The notes: generated by a model not told the origin, from the sequence alone. A DNA stretch of 28,850 nt from Nitrososphaeraceae archaeon (GCA_044870765.1 JBIOZG010000048.1:1-28850), one strand, 5' to 3'; positions 1-9,251 are shown, counted from the stretch's first letter. Made by a program: numbers and translations.

Positions 1-2
1 AA

Positions 3-269
3 AAAAAAACTGGAAAGGAGGTAAACCTTGATGGGAATAGGATTGCAATATTTCGAACAAATGGAAAATTTTATGCCACAGAAGCATTATGTAGACATCA
101 GGACGGTTCTATTGCTCCCGGCAAAATAGATGGAGAAGTTGTGGAATGCCCTTTACATTCATGGCATTATAATATACGAACTGGAGATTTATTAGATTAT
201 CTTGAAGGAGTAAAGCTCAAAACGTACAAGATAGACCTAAAAGGAAAAGATATCTACATAGATGTTTGA
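3..269 (+). CDS. Rieske [2Fe-2S] ferredoxin, 5'-truncated by the window edge
   Basis: Manual translation of frame 3, absent from the ORF track: KKTGKEVNLDGNRIAIFRTNGKFYATEALCRHQDGSIAPGKIDGEVVECPLHSWHYNIRTGDLL...IYIDV*. Carries the Rieske ligand motifs CxH (CRH) and CxxH (CPLH) followed by W.Y...TG. Confidence 0.9.
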   Translation, partial: KKTGKEVNLDGNRIAIFRTNGKFYATEALCRHQDGSIAPGKIDGEVVECPLHSWHYNIRTGDLLDYLEGVKLKTYKIDLKGKDIYIDV

Positions 270-274
270 TTTAG

Positions 275-281
275 TTATAAA
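275..281 (+). promoter_or_regulatory. Archaeal TATA box (TTATAAA) for cysS
   Basis: Ends 28 nt before TTG at 309, which gives the typical CysRS N-terminus (M)KIYN; fits a leaderless transcript. Confidence 0.5.
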
Positions 282-287
282 CATATC

Positions 288-1724
288 TTGGGTTGTCATA
301 GTTCGAGCTTGAAAATCTATAACAGACTTTCTGATACTCTTGAAGATATTGGTACAAACAATGATAGTAAAATCAGGATTTATGTTTGTGGACTCACTGT
401 GTACGATGATTGTCACATAGGTCATGCCAGAACTATCGTAATCTTTGACGTCTTAAGACGATATTTAATGTACAGTGGAGCCAATCTAGTTTATGTGCAA
501 AACTTTACCGATGTGGACGATAAAATTATTAACAGAGCTAAATTAGAAGGAAAATCCCCCGATGAAATTTCTGCCAATTACATCACGAGTTATTTTCAAG
601 ATTTTACTAAATTAAATGTAATGAAAGCCGATTTTTATCCAAAAGCAACTGAAAACATGGGTGAGATTATAGAGGCAATTAAGATACTAAAAGATAAAAA
701 TTATACCTATTCAACTCTAAATGGAATTTATTTCAGAGTACGATTATTTCCAAATTATGGTAAACTATCAAAGAAACAAATTGATGAATTAGAGGAGGGT
801 ACAAGAATCGAAGTAGATCACTTGAAAGAAGATCCATTGGACTTTGCATTGTGGAAATTTTCTTCTGATATTCCATATTGGGAAAGCCCATGGGGAAAAG
901 GTAGACCTGGTTGGCATATCGAATGTTCTGCTATGGTATCAAAATTCCTTGGCAATGAAATTGAAATCCATGGAGGAGGGACAGACCTAATATTTCCACA
1001 CCACGAAAATGAAATAGCACAATCAGAGACTTTTACGCAAAAGAAACTAGCAAAAATCTGGATGCATGTAGGTATGATTACAATTAATTCTGAAAAGATG
1101 TCAAAGTCATTTAAAAATATGATCCTTATTAAAAATGCTCTTAAAAAATGGGGAGCGAATGTTCTTAGGATATACCTAATTTCTAGTCAGTATTCAAAGC
1201 CAATGGATTATAATAATGAGATATTATACGAATCATTACAAAAATGGAGACAAATCGAGCACTGTATCTATGAACTCAGGACAGCAAGGAATGAATTTGG
1301 AGTCCCCGACGAATTTGAAGATAAATGCGATGGTTATTTAACCGAGTTCATGACTTCTATGGAGGGCAATTTTAATACTCCCTCGGCTTTCACATCTTTC
1401 ATGAAATTGGTATCATATATTAACAATTTAAGCTCTTCCGAAAAACTATCAATAACAATGTCTGAAAAAGGATTGCATGTCGTAAACACAATAATGAATA
1501 TAATTGGTCTAGAGGTAATGGAAATTGATAGTGTTACAAAAAACGATATTGAAAAGATGATCGACGAGCGAAATAAACTGAGGGCCAATAAGAAGTTTCA
1601 GGATGCCGATACGTTACGGAACAAGATTCTGGAATTGTATGATATTGAGCTAACAGACCACGGCAATTATACTTCATGGAAAAAAAAGGAAATCATAGAA
1701 TTTGAAAGCGAGCATGATGGCTGA
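288..1724 (+). CDS. cysS: Cysteine--tRNA ligase (true start probably TTG 309)
   Basis: YVCGLTVYD, HIGH, TDVDDKII, DFALWK, GRPGWHIECS, HGGG.DL.FPHHENE and KMSKS motifs. Confidence 0.98.
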   Translation: MGCHSSSLKIYNRLSDTLEDIGTNNDSKIRIYVCGLTVYDDCHIGHARTIVIFDVLRRYLMYSGANLVYVQNFTDVDDKIINRAKLEGKSPDEISANYITSYFQDFTKLNVMKADFYPKATENMGEIIEAIKILKDKNYTYSTLNGIYFRVRLFPNYGKLSKKQIDELEEGTRIEVDHLKEDPLDFALWKFSSDIPYWESPWGKGRPGWHIECSAMVSKFLGNEIEIHGGGTDLIFPHHENEIAQSETFTQKKLAKIWMHVGMITINSEKMSKSFKNMILIKNALKKWGANVLRIYLISSQYSKPMDYNNEILYESLQKWRQIEHCIYELRTARNEFGVPDEFEDKCDGYLTEFMTSMEGNFNTPSAFTSFMKLVSYINNLSSSEKLSITMSEKGLHVVNTIMNIIGLEVMEIDSVTKNDIEKMIDERNKLRANKKFQDADTLRNKILELYDIELTDHGNYTSWKKKEIIEFESEHDG

Positions 1725-1825
1725 AATGACAAAAACAACTCACGTAGTATGCCCCTCTCATCTTTTCAAATGTAATTGTAGATGTTTGAAAAACTATTAA
1801 TTATTAAAATATCAATTAATGCTAA

Positions 1826-2293
1826 TTGAAATCCAAAAAATCATTATTGGGCATAGTAATATTGGTGGCAATTGTTTCCATCGGGCTTTTAGTCTTTGCT
1901 AATCCTTTTCAGAGTAATACACAAATTTTTACCGAATCACTTCGTGTTTTGGTATCAAAGTCAGGGGACCTGACACGAAATTATCAAGAGGAAGTTGGAA
2001 AGTGGAATATGAAGAAACTTGACAATTTAACAATGGTAACTATTACTGACAGGTACCTGTCTCAACTTGAAGAACTTGAGAATGAGGCTAAAGCCTTGAA
2101 TGTTCCAAACGAATATGAAAATATCAGAGATTCGTTTGTTAGCTCAGTGGAATCCGAAGCATCCAGCTACGAACATTTCAAAAATTACCTCATTACTGGA
2201 GATAAAACTGAAGATCAATTATCAAATGATAAACTGTCTCTTGCGTTCAAGCAGGAATTGGTTTATGCAGATTTTCTCTCAAAAAATCATTAG
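1826..2293 (+). CDS. Hypothetical membrane-anchored or secreted helical protein
   Basis: Basic N-terminus plus one hydrophobic helix (LLGIVILVAIVSIGLLVFA), then a charged, probably helical domain. No family recognised. Confidence 0.7.
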   Translation: MKSKKSLLGIVILVAIVSIGLLVFANPFQSNTQIFTESLRVLVSKSGDLTRNYQEEVGKWNMKKLDNLTMVTITDRYLSQLEELENEAKALNVPNEYENIRDSFVSSVESEASSYEHFKNYLITGDKTEDQLSNDKLSLAFKQELVYADFLSKNH

Positions 2294-2362
2294 TTGTATT
2301 TAGAATACAGAGTTGAAACAAAAATATAATGCCTACATGTACCAGTATTTTGAGATGTCCAG

Positions 2363-3064
2363 TTGACAGAATGTTTTAGAAGGTTAGTTTCATTTTGCCC
2401 ATATCTTTCAGTCCTAAAAGGGATACTGATGTTTTCTAGCGTATTTTTATTATTAATAAATTGCCCAAGTTACGGTGGTGGGAACTTCGAGGTATTGCAA
2501 ACAAATACAATTTTTGATCAAAGTGGATTGATGCATCTATTTGGCGAAATAAGCAATATCTCTGATTGTCCTCAGCAAGACATCGGGATATTTGCCAATT
2601 TCTACGACCGATCGGGAAAGAATATAGGCAATGGGAGTGGAATAGTTCCGGTTAGGTCGCTGAATATGGGCGATATCTCGCCATTTGAAATAATACTGCT
2701 AGACAGCGAACAATCCAAAGACGTTTCTAACTACAATCTTAATTTTACGAGTAAGGCAGGATCAATAAAAGCAGAAAATCTGGTTATAACGTCTTCTAAA
2801 TCTCGGCCAGATATCTTTGGATATTATTATGTTAACGGTAGGATTTCTAATAAAGGTAACGATACTGCTACAAACGTTCTTGCCATTGCGTCATTCTATG
2901 ACAAGGATGGTAAAATAATAGGCTTATCAAGCGCTATTGCCGAACCTACAAACATGACTTCACTTTCTACGTCAAGTTTTACAGTAGTTATGGATGATAA
3001 ACTACAAACTTCTAAAATCAAAAATTATTATTTAACAATTGACTCAGATCAATACGTTTCATGA
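2363..3064 (+). CDS. Secreted protein with two FxLYD-type Ig-like domains (start may be ATG 2429)
   Basis: Two repeats of G(E/R)ISN...A(N/S)FYD..GK.IG...F.(I/V) (ANFYDRSGKNIG, ASFYDKDGKIIG); hydrophobic N-terminus. Confidence 0.75.
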   Translation: MTECFRRLVSFCPYLSVLKGILMFSSVFLLLINCPSYGGGNFEVLQTNTIFDQSGLMHLFGEISNISDCPQQDIGIFANFYDRSGKNIGNGSGIVPVRSLNMGDISPFEIILLDSEQSKDVSNYNLNFTSKAGSIKAENLVITSSKSRPDIFGYYYVNGRISNKGNDTATNVLAIASFYDKDGKIIGLSSAIAEPTNMTSLSTSSFTVVMDDKLQTSKIKNYYLTIDSDQYVS

Positions 3065-3207
3065 TTGGTCTATTCATTTCTTCTAAATATCTAAATCGTT
3101 ACAAGATAATTAGGTTCAAAAACAAGCATATCAATTCGCTGTTAATTGGAATGTAATTGAAAGTTAAACTACTGAATTATATTATACTGCCGTGAACTCT
3201 AATTGAT

Positions 3208-3348
3208 ATGGAAATATTTCATCCATCAGTTTTTCTTGCCATTTTTCCGTATTTGTTTCTAGGTAGTTTTCCAGTATTTGGGTTGATATTGGTTACAAAG
3301 TGGATAGTTGACGATATCAAAAAAAGAAAGAGCGATTTAAGCATTTAA
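3208..3348 (+). CDS. Putative 46-aa single-pass membrane microprotein (not in ORF track)
   Basis: MEIFHPSVFLAIFPYLFLGSFPVFGLILVTKWIVDDIKKRKSDLSI*: hydrophobic segment followed by a basic KKRK tail; TATA-like TTATATTATA at 3177-3186. Confidence 0.55.
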   Translation: MEIFHPSVFLAIFPYLFLGSFPVFGLILVTKWIVDDIKKRKSDLSI

Positions 3349-3430
3349 GAACGTTAGTTACCTGGTTCATCTCATAGCAGAGTTACTCAGGTTATGAAAA
3401 TATATATCTCATATCGAATATTATAAGTAT

Positions 3431-3562
3431 ATGCTAAATATAACTCAAAAACGATGTGCCCTATGCGAAACTACACTCCCGAAGGAAAACGCCATAAGTA
3501 TTTGCGAAAATTGCTTAAAAAATGCAGACTGCTGCGTTGGCCTAGAAAGATTAAGCGAATAA
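3431..3562 (+). CDS. Putative 43-aa Cys-rich zinc-finger microprotein (not in ORF track)
   Basis: MLNITQKRCALCETTLPKENAISICENCLKNADCCVGLERLSE*: CxxC-x12-CxxC plus CC; GAAAA-TATATAT (BRE/TATA-like) at 3396-3407. Confidence 0.65.
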   Translation: MLNITQKRCALCETTLPKENAISICENCLKNADCCVGLERLSE

Positions 3563-3570
3563 ATCTAATT

Positions 3571-4128
3571 TTATTCTGCCATTTTTAAGGTATCACTTAT
3601 AGTTATAATGCCGATAAGTTCTCCTTTGCGACTAACAAGTACACATTTTGCAAATCTTACAAGCGGTATGAGCGCCTTAGCGGGAGTCGCTGTGTCAACT
3701 ATCGGTGGGGGAGGTTCCATTATCTGTAGGATAGGTACTTGGCGAATATTTTTTTTGTCGTCACTCTCTAGCACTTTCCTTGCAAGTATATCTTCGCTAA
3801 CTAGTCCCACAATTTTGGACATGTCAAAAACAGGTATTTGACTAATTGAATTTTTCATCATTATTTCAATTGCAACTTCTAACTTTTCATCCTTCTGAAC
3901 CGATATCACCTCATGGCTACATATGTCTCCAGCCTTAAGCGAAGTTTTTCCCTCTTGAGAGCTAAGTACTTCAAATATTCTCTTAGCCGTATCATAGCTG
4001 GGCTTGCATCGTCCAGATTCAATTTGATTTATCATCGAAGTACTAATTCCAGATAGGGATGCCAATTCACGTTGAGTCAATCCCAGTTTAATCCTTCCCT
4101 GTTTAATGTAATCTATCCTAGGAAGCAT
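3571..4128 (-). CDS. XRE-type HTH plus tandem CBS domain transcriptional regulator (COG3620-like)
   Basis: N-terminal RIKLGLTQRELASLSGISTSMINQIESG HTH; CBS motifs ISQIPV..KIVGLVSEDIL and LIGIITISD. Confidence 0.92.
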   Translation of the reverse strand: MLPRIDYIKQGRIKLGLTQRELASLSGISTSMINQIESGRCKPSYDTAKRIFEVLSSQEGKTSLKAGDICSHEVISVQKDEKLEVAIEIMMKNSISQIPVFDMSKIVGLVSEDILARKVLESDDKKNIRQVPILQIMEPPPPIVDTATPAKALIPLVRFAKCVLVSRKGELIGIITISDTLKMAE

Positions 4129-4253
4129 CTGCTGATTACTTAATCTGATATCATATTTTTATAGTAATGGTATGGCCAGCATACTTTTAGTAATGTAATA
4201 ATGCCAGCCTTAACCTTATATTATATAGATTTAAAGATTTCATACTATTAGAA

Positions 4254-5531
4254 ATGAGTCAAGACACCCACAAGAAAAAGTGGGATTCTGTGAAGAGATA
4301 CAAACTAACCAAGATGTTAAACCAACTCTCAAACATTACTGGACACGGCACTGAATTGGTTACGGTGTATATTCCTCCAAGAAGACCAGTTTTTGAAGTC
4401 ATAGGTCAACTCAGAAATGAGTCTGGTACAGCATCGAATATCAAATCAGATTTAACGAGAACTCATGTGCAAGATGCGCTGAGCAAGACAGTCGAACATC
4501 TTAAATTGTTCAAAGAAACACCAGAAAATGGCCTTGCAATTTTTTGTGGCGCCATTCCTAACAACAAGGGAATCGGAAATGAAAAGATAGAACTTTATTC
4601 AGTTTTACCACCCAAACCTATTCAGATTAATCTGTATAGATGCGACGATCATTTTTGGACAGATCATATCAAGGATATGCTGCGAGATGAGAATGTAATA
4701 GGACTTCTTGCTATAGACAGTCAGGAGGCGGGACTGGGAATATTAACAGGTGATAGATGGGAAGTCATAGACACGCTAACATCGGGGGTAGCTGGAAAAC
4801 ATAGACAAGGTGGACAGTCGGCAAGAAGATTTGAAAGACTAAGGGAAAATGAATTAAACGAATATTATCACAGAATTGCAGAACATGCGCAAAAAATCTT
4901 TATTGATGAATACAAAGTTAATGGCCTAATTGTTGGAGGTCCAGGACCAACAAAAGAGAACTTTTTGAGGGAGGAGTATCTTGACTACAGACTCCAAAAT
5001 AATGTACTAGCTACAATCGATAGCTCCTACTCTGGAAGTGAAGGTGTAAGAGAATTATTAGAGAAGGTAAATGAGCAAGGTATAATTTCCGAGTATAGAC
5101 TACTAGAGGAAAAGAAATTAGTCAAGAAATTCATGAGTCAAGTTTATTCGGATCACGGACTAGCGGTTTATGGTATTCATGATGTTCTGAATTTGCTAAA
5201 AAGTGGCATCGTGGACACTTTGATTATTACTGATGAAATACCGTACATGCATTTGGAGATTAAATGCAATAAATGCGGAAATATTGAAGAAAAGTTTATG
5301 GATAGAATAAATTTAATCGCTGTTAAGCAATCAGAGATCTCAAAGTCATGTCCTAAATGCGGCAGTGAAGATAGAGAAATTACAGAAAAAGATATTGTAG
5401 ATCTTCTTGAAGAATTGTCTGCTAATATTGGCAGCAAGATGGAAGTCATTTCGGCAAAAACAGAAGAAGGTGCACAACTTGGAAGTTTGGGAAGTATTGG
5501 GGCGCTCTTACGTTTCAAACCATCACGTTGA
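4254..5531 (+). CDS. prf1: Peptide chain release factor aRF1
   Basis: GTE, NIKS, YRCDDHF (YxCxxxF) and GGQS motifs; C-domain mini-domain with CNKC...CPKC. Confidence 0.98.
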   Translation: MSQDTHKKKWDSVKRYKLTKMLNQLSNITGHGTELVTVYIPPRRPVFEVIGQLRNESGTASNIKSDLTRTHVQDALSKTVEHLKLFKETPENGLAIFCGAIPNNKGIGNEKIELYSVLPPKPIQINLYRCDDHFWTDHIKDMLRDENVIGLLAIDSQEAGLGILTGDRWEVIDTLTSGVAGKHRQGGQSARRFERLRENELNEYYHRIAEHAQKIFIDEYKVNGLIVGGPGPTKENFLREEYLDYRLQNNVLATIDSSYSGSEGVRELLEKVNEQGIISEYRLLEEKKLVKKFMSQVYSDHGLAVYGIHDVLNLLKSGIVDTLIITDEIPYMHLEIKCNKCGNIEEKFMDRINLIAVKQSEISKSCPKCGSEDREITEKDIVDLLEELSANIGSKMEVISAKTEEGAQLGSLGSIGALLRFKPSR

Positions 5532-5556
5532 CAGATGCCATACGAATTTTTGTTTT

Positions 5557-6003
5557 CTATTTTGCTTTAATACCTTTTAAAGTAAGTGCTGCCCTTATTT
5601 TTTGGGCAATCTTATCCAGCTCTTCGTCTGAAATTAAGTTTCTTGAAGGCCACCGTCCATTTGGAGAATCATAATCGTATCTTGGTATTATGTGAACATG
5701 AACATGTGGTACTATTTGATTAGCAGCTCTCCCGTTATTTTGGCCAATATTTAGCCCCTTCGCCTCCAATGATTTTACTATGCCCTTTGCAAGAAATGAA
5801 ACGGTAGAAAACAACCTTCCAGTATCTTCATCATCCATTGTGAAAATATTTTCATGATGTCTCTTTGGGAGAACCAGTGTATGCCCCGTATTGATAGGAT
5901 ACTTGTCCATAAAAGCCACAAATTGGCTGTCTTCGTATATTTTAACGGCGCTTATCTCGTTATTAATGATGGAGCAGAAAATACATTTAGTGTCCGGCTT
6001 CAA
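5557..6003 (-). CDS. HIT family nucleotide hydrolase
   Basis: CIFC, GHTLVLPKRH and histidine triad HVHVHIIPR. Confidence 0.95.
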   Translation of the reverse strand: MKPDTKCIFCSIINNEISAVKIYEDSQFVAFMDKYPINTGHTLVLPKRHHENIFTMDDEDTGRLFSTVSFLAKGIVKSLEAKGLNIGQNNGRAANQIVPHVHVHIIPRYDYDSPNGRWPSRNLISDEELDKIAQKIRAALTLKGIKAK

Positions 6004-6099
6004 TAAATAAAATCCATGTCCCTAGCTGATTTATGTTTTTGTCATATTGCCATGCTGCTGCGTGACTTTTAAATAGGTCAAATTTTTTTCTAACTGTAG

Positions 6100-6288
6100 A
6101 TGACTGAAACTATCGAAATATACGAATTTAATGTGAAATTCACATTCACTTGTCCAAAATGTGACTACAAAAATGAAGACATCTCTGCGGTGGATATTGC
6201 TAATGGCAATGCTGAATGTGGAATGTGTGAAACACTCTTTAAGACAGAAGGAATTGATGGTGTAAAGATTTTTGCCCTAGTTGAGTAA
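6100..6288 (+). CDS. Small acidic C4 zinc-ribbon protein (62 aa)
   Basis: FTCPKC...ECGMCETLF; TATA-like TTTTAAATA at 6067-6075. Confidence 0.75.
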   Translation: MTETIEIYEFNVKFTFTCPKCDYKNEDISAVDIANGNAECGMCETLFKTEGIDGVKIFALVE

Positions 6289-6360
6289 TAACCATTTTTA
6301 ATCGATACTTAAGCTAGTATCAATGTTATATTAAAATACGCAACAATCTCTATTTCACTG

Positions 6361-8034
6361 ATGGAACTTGTCAGTAGAACTGTAGTTAATGGACCAGCAA
6401 GAGCTCCACACAGAGCAATGTATAAAGCCATGGGCTTGAATGATGAGGATTTATCAAAACCCATCGTAGGAGTTTCCTCTACTTGTAATGAGGCAACTCC
6501 TTGCAATATCCATTTGGGAGATTTGGCACAGCATTCAAAAGCAGGAGTAAAGGATTCTGGATGTACACCGAGAGAATTTACTGCCGTTTCGGTATCTGAC
6601 GGCATAGCAATGGGACACGAAGGCATGAAGGTATCTTTGGTCAGTCGTGAAGTTATTGCAGATTCAATTGAGATTATGATGCGAGCTCATAGATACGACG
6701 CCCTTGTCGGAATTTCAGGATGTGATAAGAGTCTACCAGGGACAATTATGGCTATGGCTCGACTCAATGTTCCGTCCATATTTGTCTATGGCGGTACTAT
6801 ACTGCCCGGAACTTGGAATGGAAAACAGGTTACCATTCAAGATGTATATGAAGCTGTAGGTTCCTTTGAGGCAGGTAAAATAAATCTTGAAGATTTAAAA
6901 GAGTTGGAGAACGCTGCATGTCCCTCTGCGGGTTCGTGCGGAGGCATGTACACCGCAAATACGATGGCGTGTATTAGTGAAGCATTGGGAATAGCATTGC
7001 CGGGAAGCGCTTCACCTCCCGCATTAAGTGAAAAGAGAAACCAAATTTGTTATGAAACAGGAAAACAAATCTTTCATATATTGGAAAATAACCTGCGGCC
7101 AAAAGAAATTCTTACATTTGAAGCCTTTGAGAATGCAATTGCAATTGCAAACGCTATTGGAGGTTCTACTAATGCAATACTTCATTTGCTTGCAATATCT
7201 AGAGAGGTTGGTGTTCATCTCGATCTCAAAGATTTTGAAAGGATTAGGAAAAAAACACCTCACCTGGCTGATACAAGACCCGGAGGCATGTATGTAATGG
7301 TAGATTTAGACAAAGTAGGTGGAGTTCCCATTATACTAAAAAGTTTACTAAAAAACGGATTACTTAACCCAGATACTTTGACCGTCACGGGTAATACAAT
7401 GAAACAAAATCTTGAAAAAATAATTTTACGTGACTCCGAACCGGTAGTGTATTCTTGTGAAAAACCTCTTCATAACGAGGGTACATTGAAGATTCTTAAG
7501 GGTACGTTAGCACCTGAAGGTGCAGTCATAAAGATTGCTGGGCTTGAGCGAACAAAATTCGAAGGCATTGCAAAGGTATTCAATTCTGAGGAAGATGCAT
7601 TTGATGCGATTTCAAAACAAAAGATAAAGAAGGGCGATGTAGTCGTTATCAGGTACGAAGGTCCTAAAGGAGGACCAGGCATGAGGGAAATGCTTGGCGT
7701 AACAGCAGCTCTAGTTGGGCAAGGTCTTGGTACAGAAGTAGCTATGGTCACTGATGGAAGATTTTCAGGTGCTACTAGGGGATTTATGATTGGTCATGTT
7801 TCTCCTGAAGCAATGGTTGGTGGACCGATTTCATTAATAAAAAAAGGAGATAAAATTAGTATTGATTTGAACAAAGGAAATATCGATTTGAACATAAGCC
7901 GCACTGAGTTCAAAAAGCGAAGAAAAATGTGGATACCAGTAAAGTCAAGATACAAGAATGGAGTGCTTGCTAAATATATGCTTTTAGCACGATCTGCTTC
8001 TGAAGGCGCTATAACCATACCGCAATTGAAATAA
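6361..8034 (+). CDS. ilvD: Dihydroxy-acid dehydratase
   Basis: [50 protein letters not shown] and TDGRFSG motifs. Confidence 0.98.
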   Translation: MELVSRTVVNGPARAPHRAMYKAMGLNDEDLSKPIVGVSSTCNEATPCNIHLGDLAQHSKAGVKDSGCTPREFTAVSVSDGIAMGHEGMKVSLVSREVIADSIEIMMRAHRYDALVGISGCDKSLPGTIMAMARLNVPSIFVYGGTILPGTWNGKQVTIQDVYEAVGSFEAGKINLEDLKELENAACPSAGSCGGMYTANTMACISEALGIALPGSASPPALSEKRNQICYETGKQIFHILENNLRPKEILTFEAFENAIAIANAIGGSTNAILHLLAISREVGVHLDLKDFERIRKKTPHLADTRPGGMYVMVDLDKVGGVPIILKSLLKNGLLNPDTLTVTGNTMKQNLEKIILRDSEPVVYSCEKPLHNEGTLKILKGTLAPEGAVIKIAGLERTKFEGIAKVFNSEEDAFDAISKQKIKKGDVVVIRYEGPKGGPGMREMLGVTAALVGQGLGTEVAMVTDGRFSGATRGFMIGHVSPEAMVGGPISLIKKGDKISIDLNKGNIDLNISRTEFKKRRKMWIPVKSRYKNGVLAKYMLLARSASEGAITIPQLK

Positions 8035-8074
8035 ACTTCATTGTTCGTGATTAACTATCTGAACCTAAAAAATC

Positions 8075-8824
8075 ATGATATTTAACCAAATGCCAAATTT
8101 TAAAAATCTGTTCCTACTTTCAATTATTGCAATATCAATAATTTCAGTGGTATTTTTTTTATATAGATACGAATCAGTCACAGTTAACTTCTTTCCTCAG
8201 AATTCAAATTTGATATATGCGGGTATTTTTAACAACGCTACCAGTCTAGCTGAACTGGGAAATACTACATATTCTCTTGGATTAAACAATATGTCAGGAG
8301 TAAAATCAAACATATCTACTGTAAATCGTAGTAGTAACAATGCAAACAATCCCATTGACGATATTGTCTCGCTCAGCAATCCAGTCGACACGCTTACAAA
8401 AATGATAATAAATGTATTAGAAAATTCATCAATTGCAGACAGTACAAAAGTTAAAGATTTGGGACTCAAAAAATACTATCAGTTGAATGGCTCATGGAAC
8501 CTAGCAATAAAAGGCGATGAATTTTCGAACTTTACTGGAAATATTGTATTGAATAACGTTATGAATAACATTACTAAAAATTATACTGTTAACCTTGTTA
8601 CTACAAGTGCAAAGAACATTACTTACCAGGCATCAAATCAAATCCTAAAAATAAAAGGAACAGGGGATTTGACACTTGATGATGAAACCACCAGAGTCCA
8701 GTTATTGATTGTACTCTATAAGAATGAAAACATCTATGTAGTGTTTGCATCAAAAACAGATGAAAATCTGTTCGATAATTTCTTGATACATGGAGATATT
8801 ATGCAAAGAAAATTTGAATACTGA
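8075..8824 (+). CDS. Hypothetical membrane-anchored Asn-rich extracellular (glyco)protein
   Basis: N-terminal TM helix (LFLLSIIAISIISVVFFLY), N/S/T-rich linker, beta-rich C-terminal half, about 11 N-x-S/T sequons. Confidence 0.7.
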   Translation: MIFNQMPNFKNLFLLSIIAISIISVVFFLYRYESVTVNFFPQNSNLIYAGIFNNATSLAELGNTTYSLGLNNMSGVKSNISTVNRSSNNANNPIDDIVSLSNPVDTLTKMIINVLENSSIADSTKVKDLGLKKYYQLNGSWNLAIKGDEFSNFTGNIVLNNVMNNITKNYTVNLVTTSAKNITYQASNQILKIKGTGDLTLDDETTRVQLLIVLYKNENIYVVFASKTDENLFDNFLIHGDIMQRKFEY

Positions 8825-8852
8825 GACTGGTTAAATTATCTCGTATTTTGTA

Positions 8853-9251
8853 TTATTCAGCACCTATCAATCCAATTAGATCGAAACCTTCAGATATCTT
8901 TGAACTAATTTCGGCTATGGAAATCAAATGACCATCTGGATCTGCTAATATGGCATGCTTGCCAAATGATTCCTCCTTGGGTTCTTTAAAAAATTCTACT
9001 TTCTTGTCTTTCAACTTCTTTGCTACTGTTTCCAGATTACTTACCATAAAACCAACCAAGACTCCAGAGTTTTTTGTTCTGCTTTTGCTTTTTGATGGAT
9101 GTAAGGCAAGAACTGTACCACTTGAAAAAAATTCTACCCATTCAGATGAAGTGTTTTTGATGGGCAGTTCAAGAACATCGCGATAAAACTTTATAGATTT
9201 ATCCATATCACTGACGAGTAATATTACGGCCCCAAGTCTTTTGAATGACAT
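8853..9251 (-). CDS. VOC / glyoxalase / bleomycin-resistance family protein
   Basis: VSDMDKSIKFYRDVL, VGFMVSNLE and FGK.AILADPDGHLI signatures. Confidence 0.92.
   Translation of the reverse strand: MSFKRLGAVILLVSDMDKSIKFYRDVLELPIKNTSSEWVEFFSSGTVLALHPSKSKSRTKNSGVLVGFMVSNLETVAKKLKDKKVEFFKEPKEESFGKHAILADPDGHLISIAEISSKISEGFDLIGLIGAE

Noticed and set aside
3355-3396. Imperfect repeat/hairpin AGTTACCTGGTT...AGTTACTCAGGTT between the two microprotein ORFs
   Set aside because: Short and degenerate; cannot be told from chance without comparative data.
5255-5365. CxxC...CxxC insert in aRF1
   Set aside because: Corresponds to the known C-domain mini-domain of aRF1/eRF1; not an intein or a novelty.
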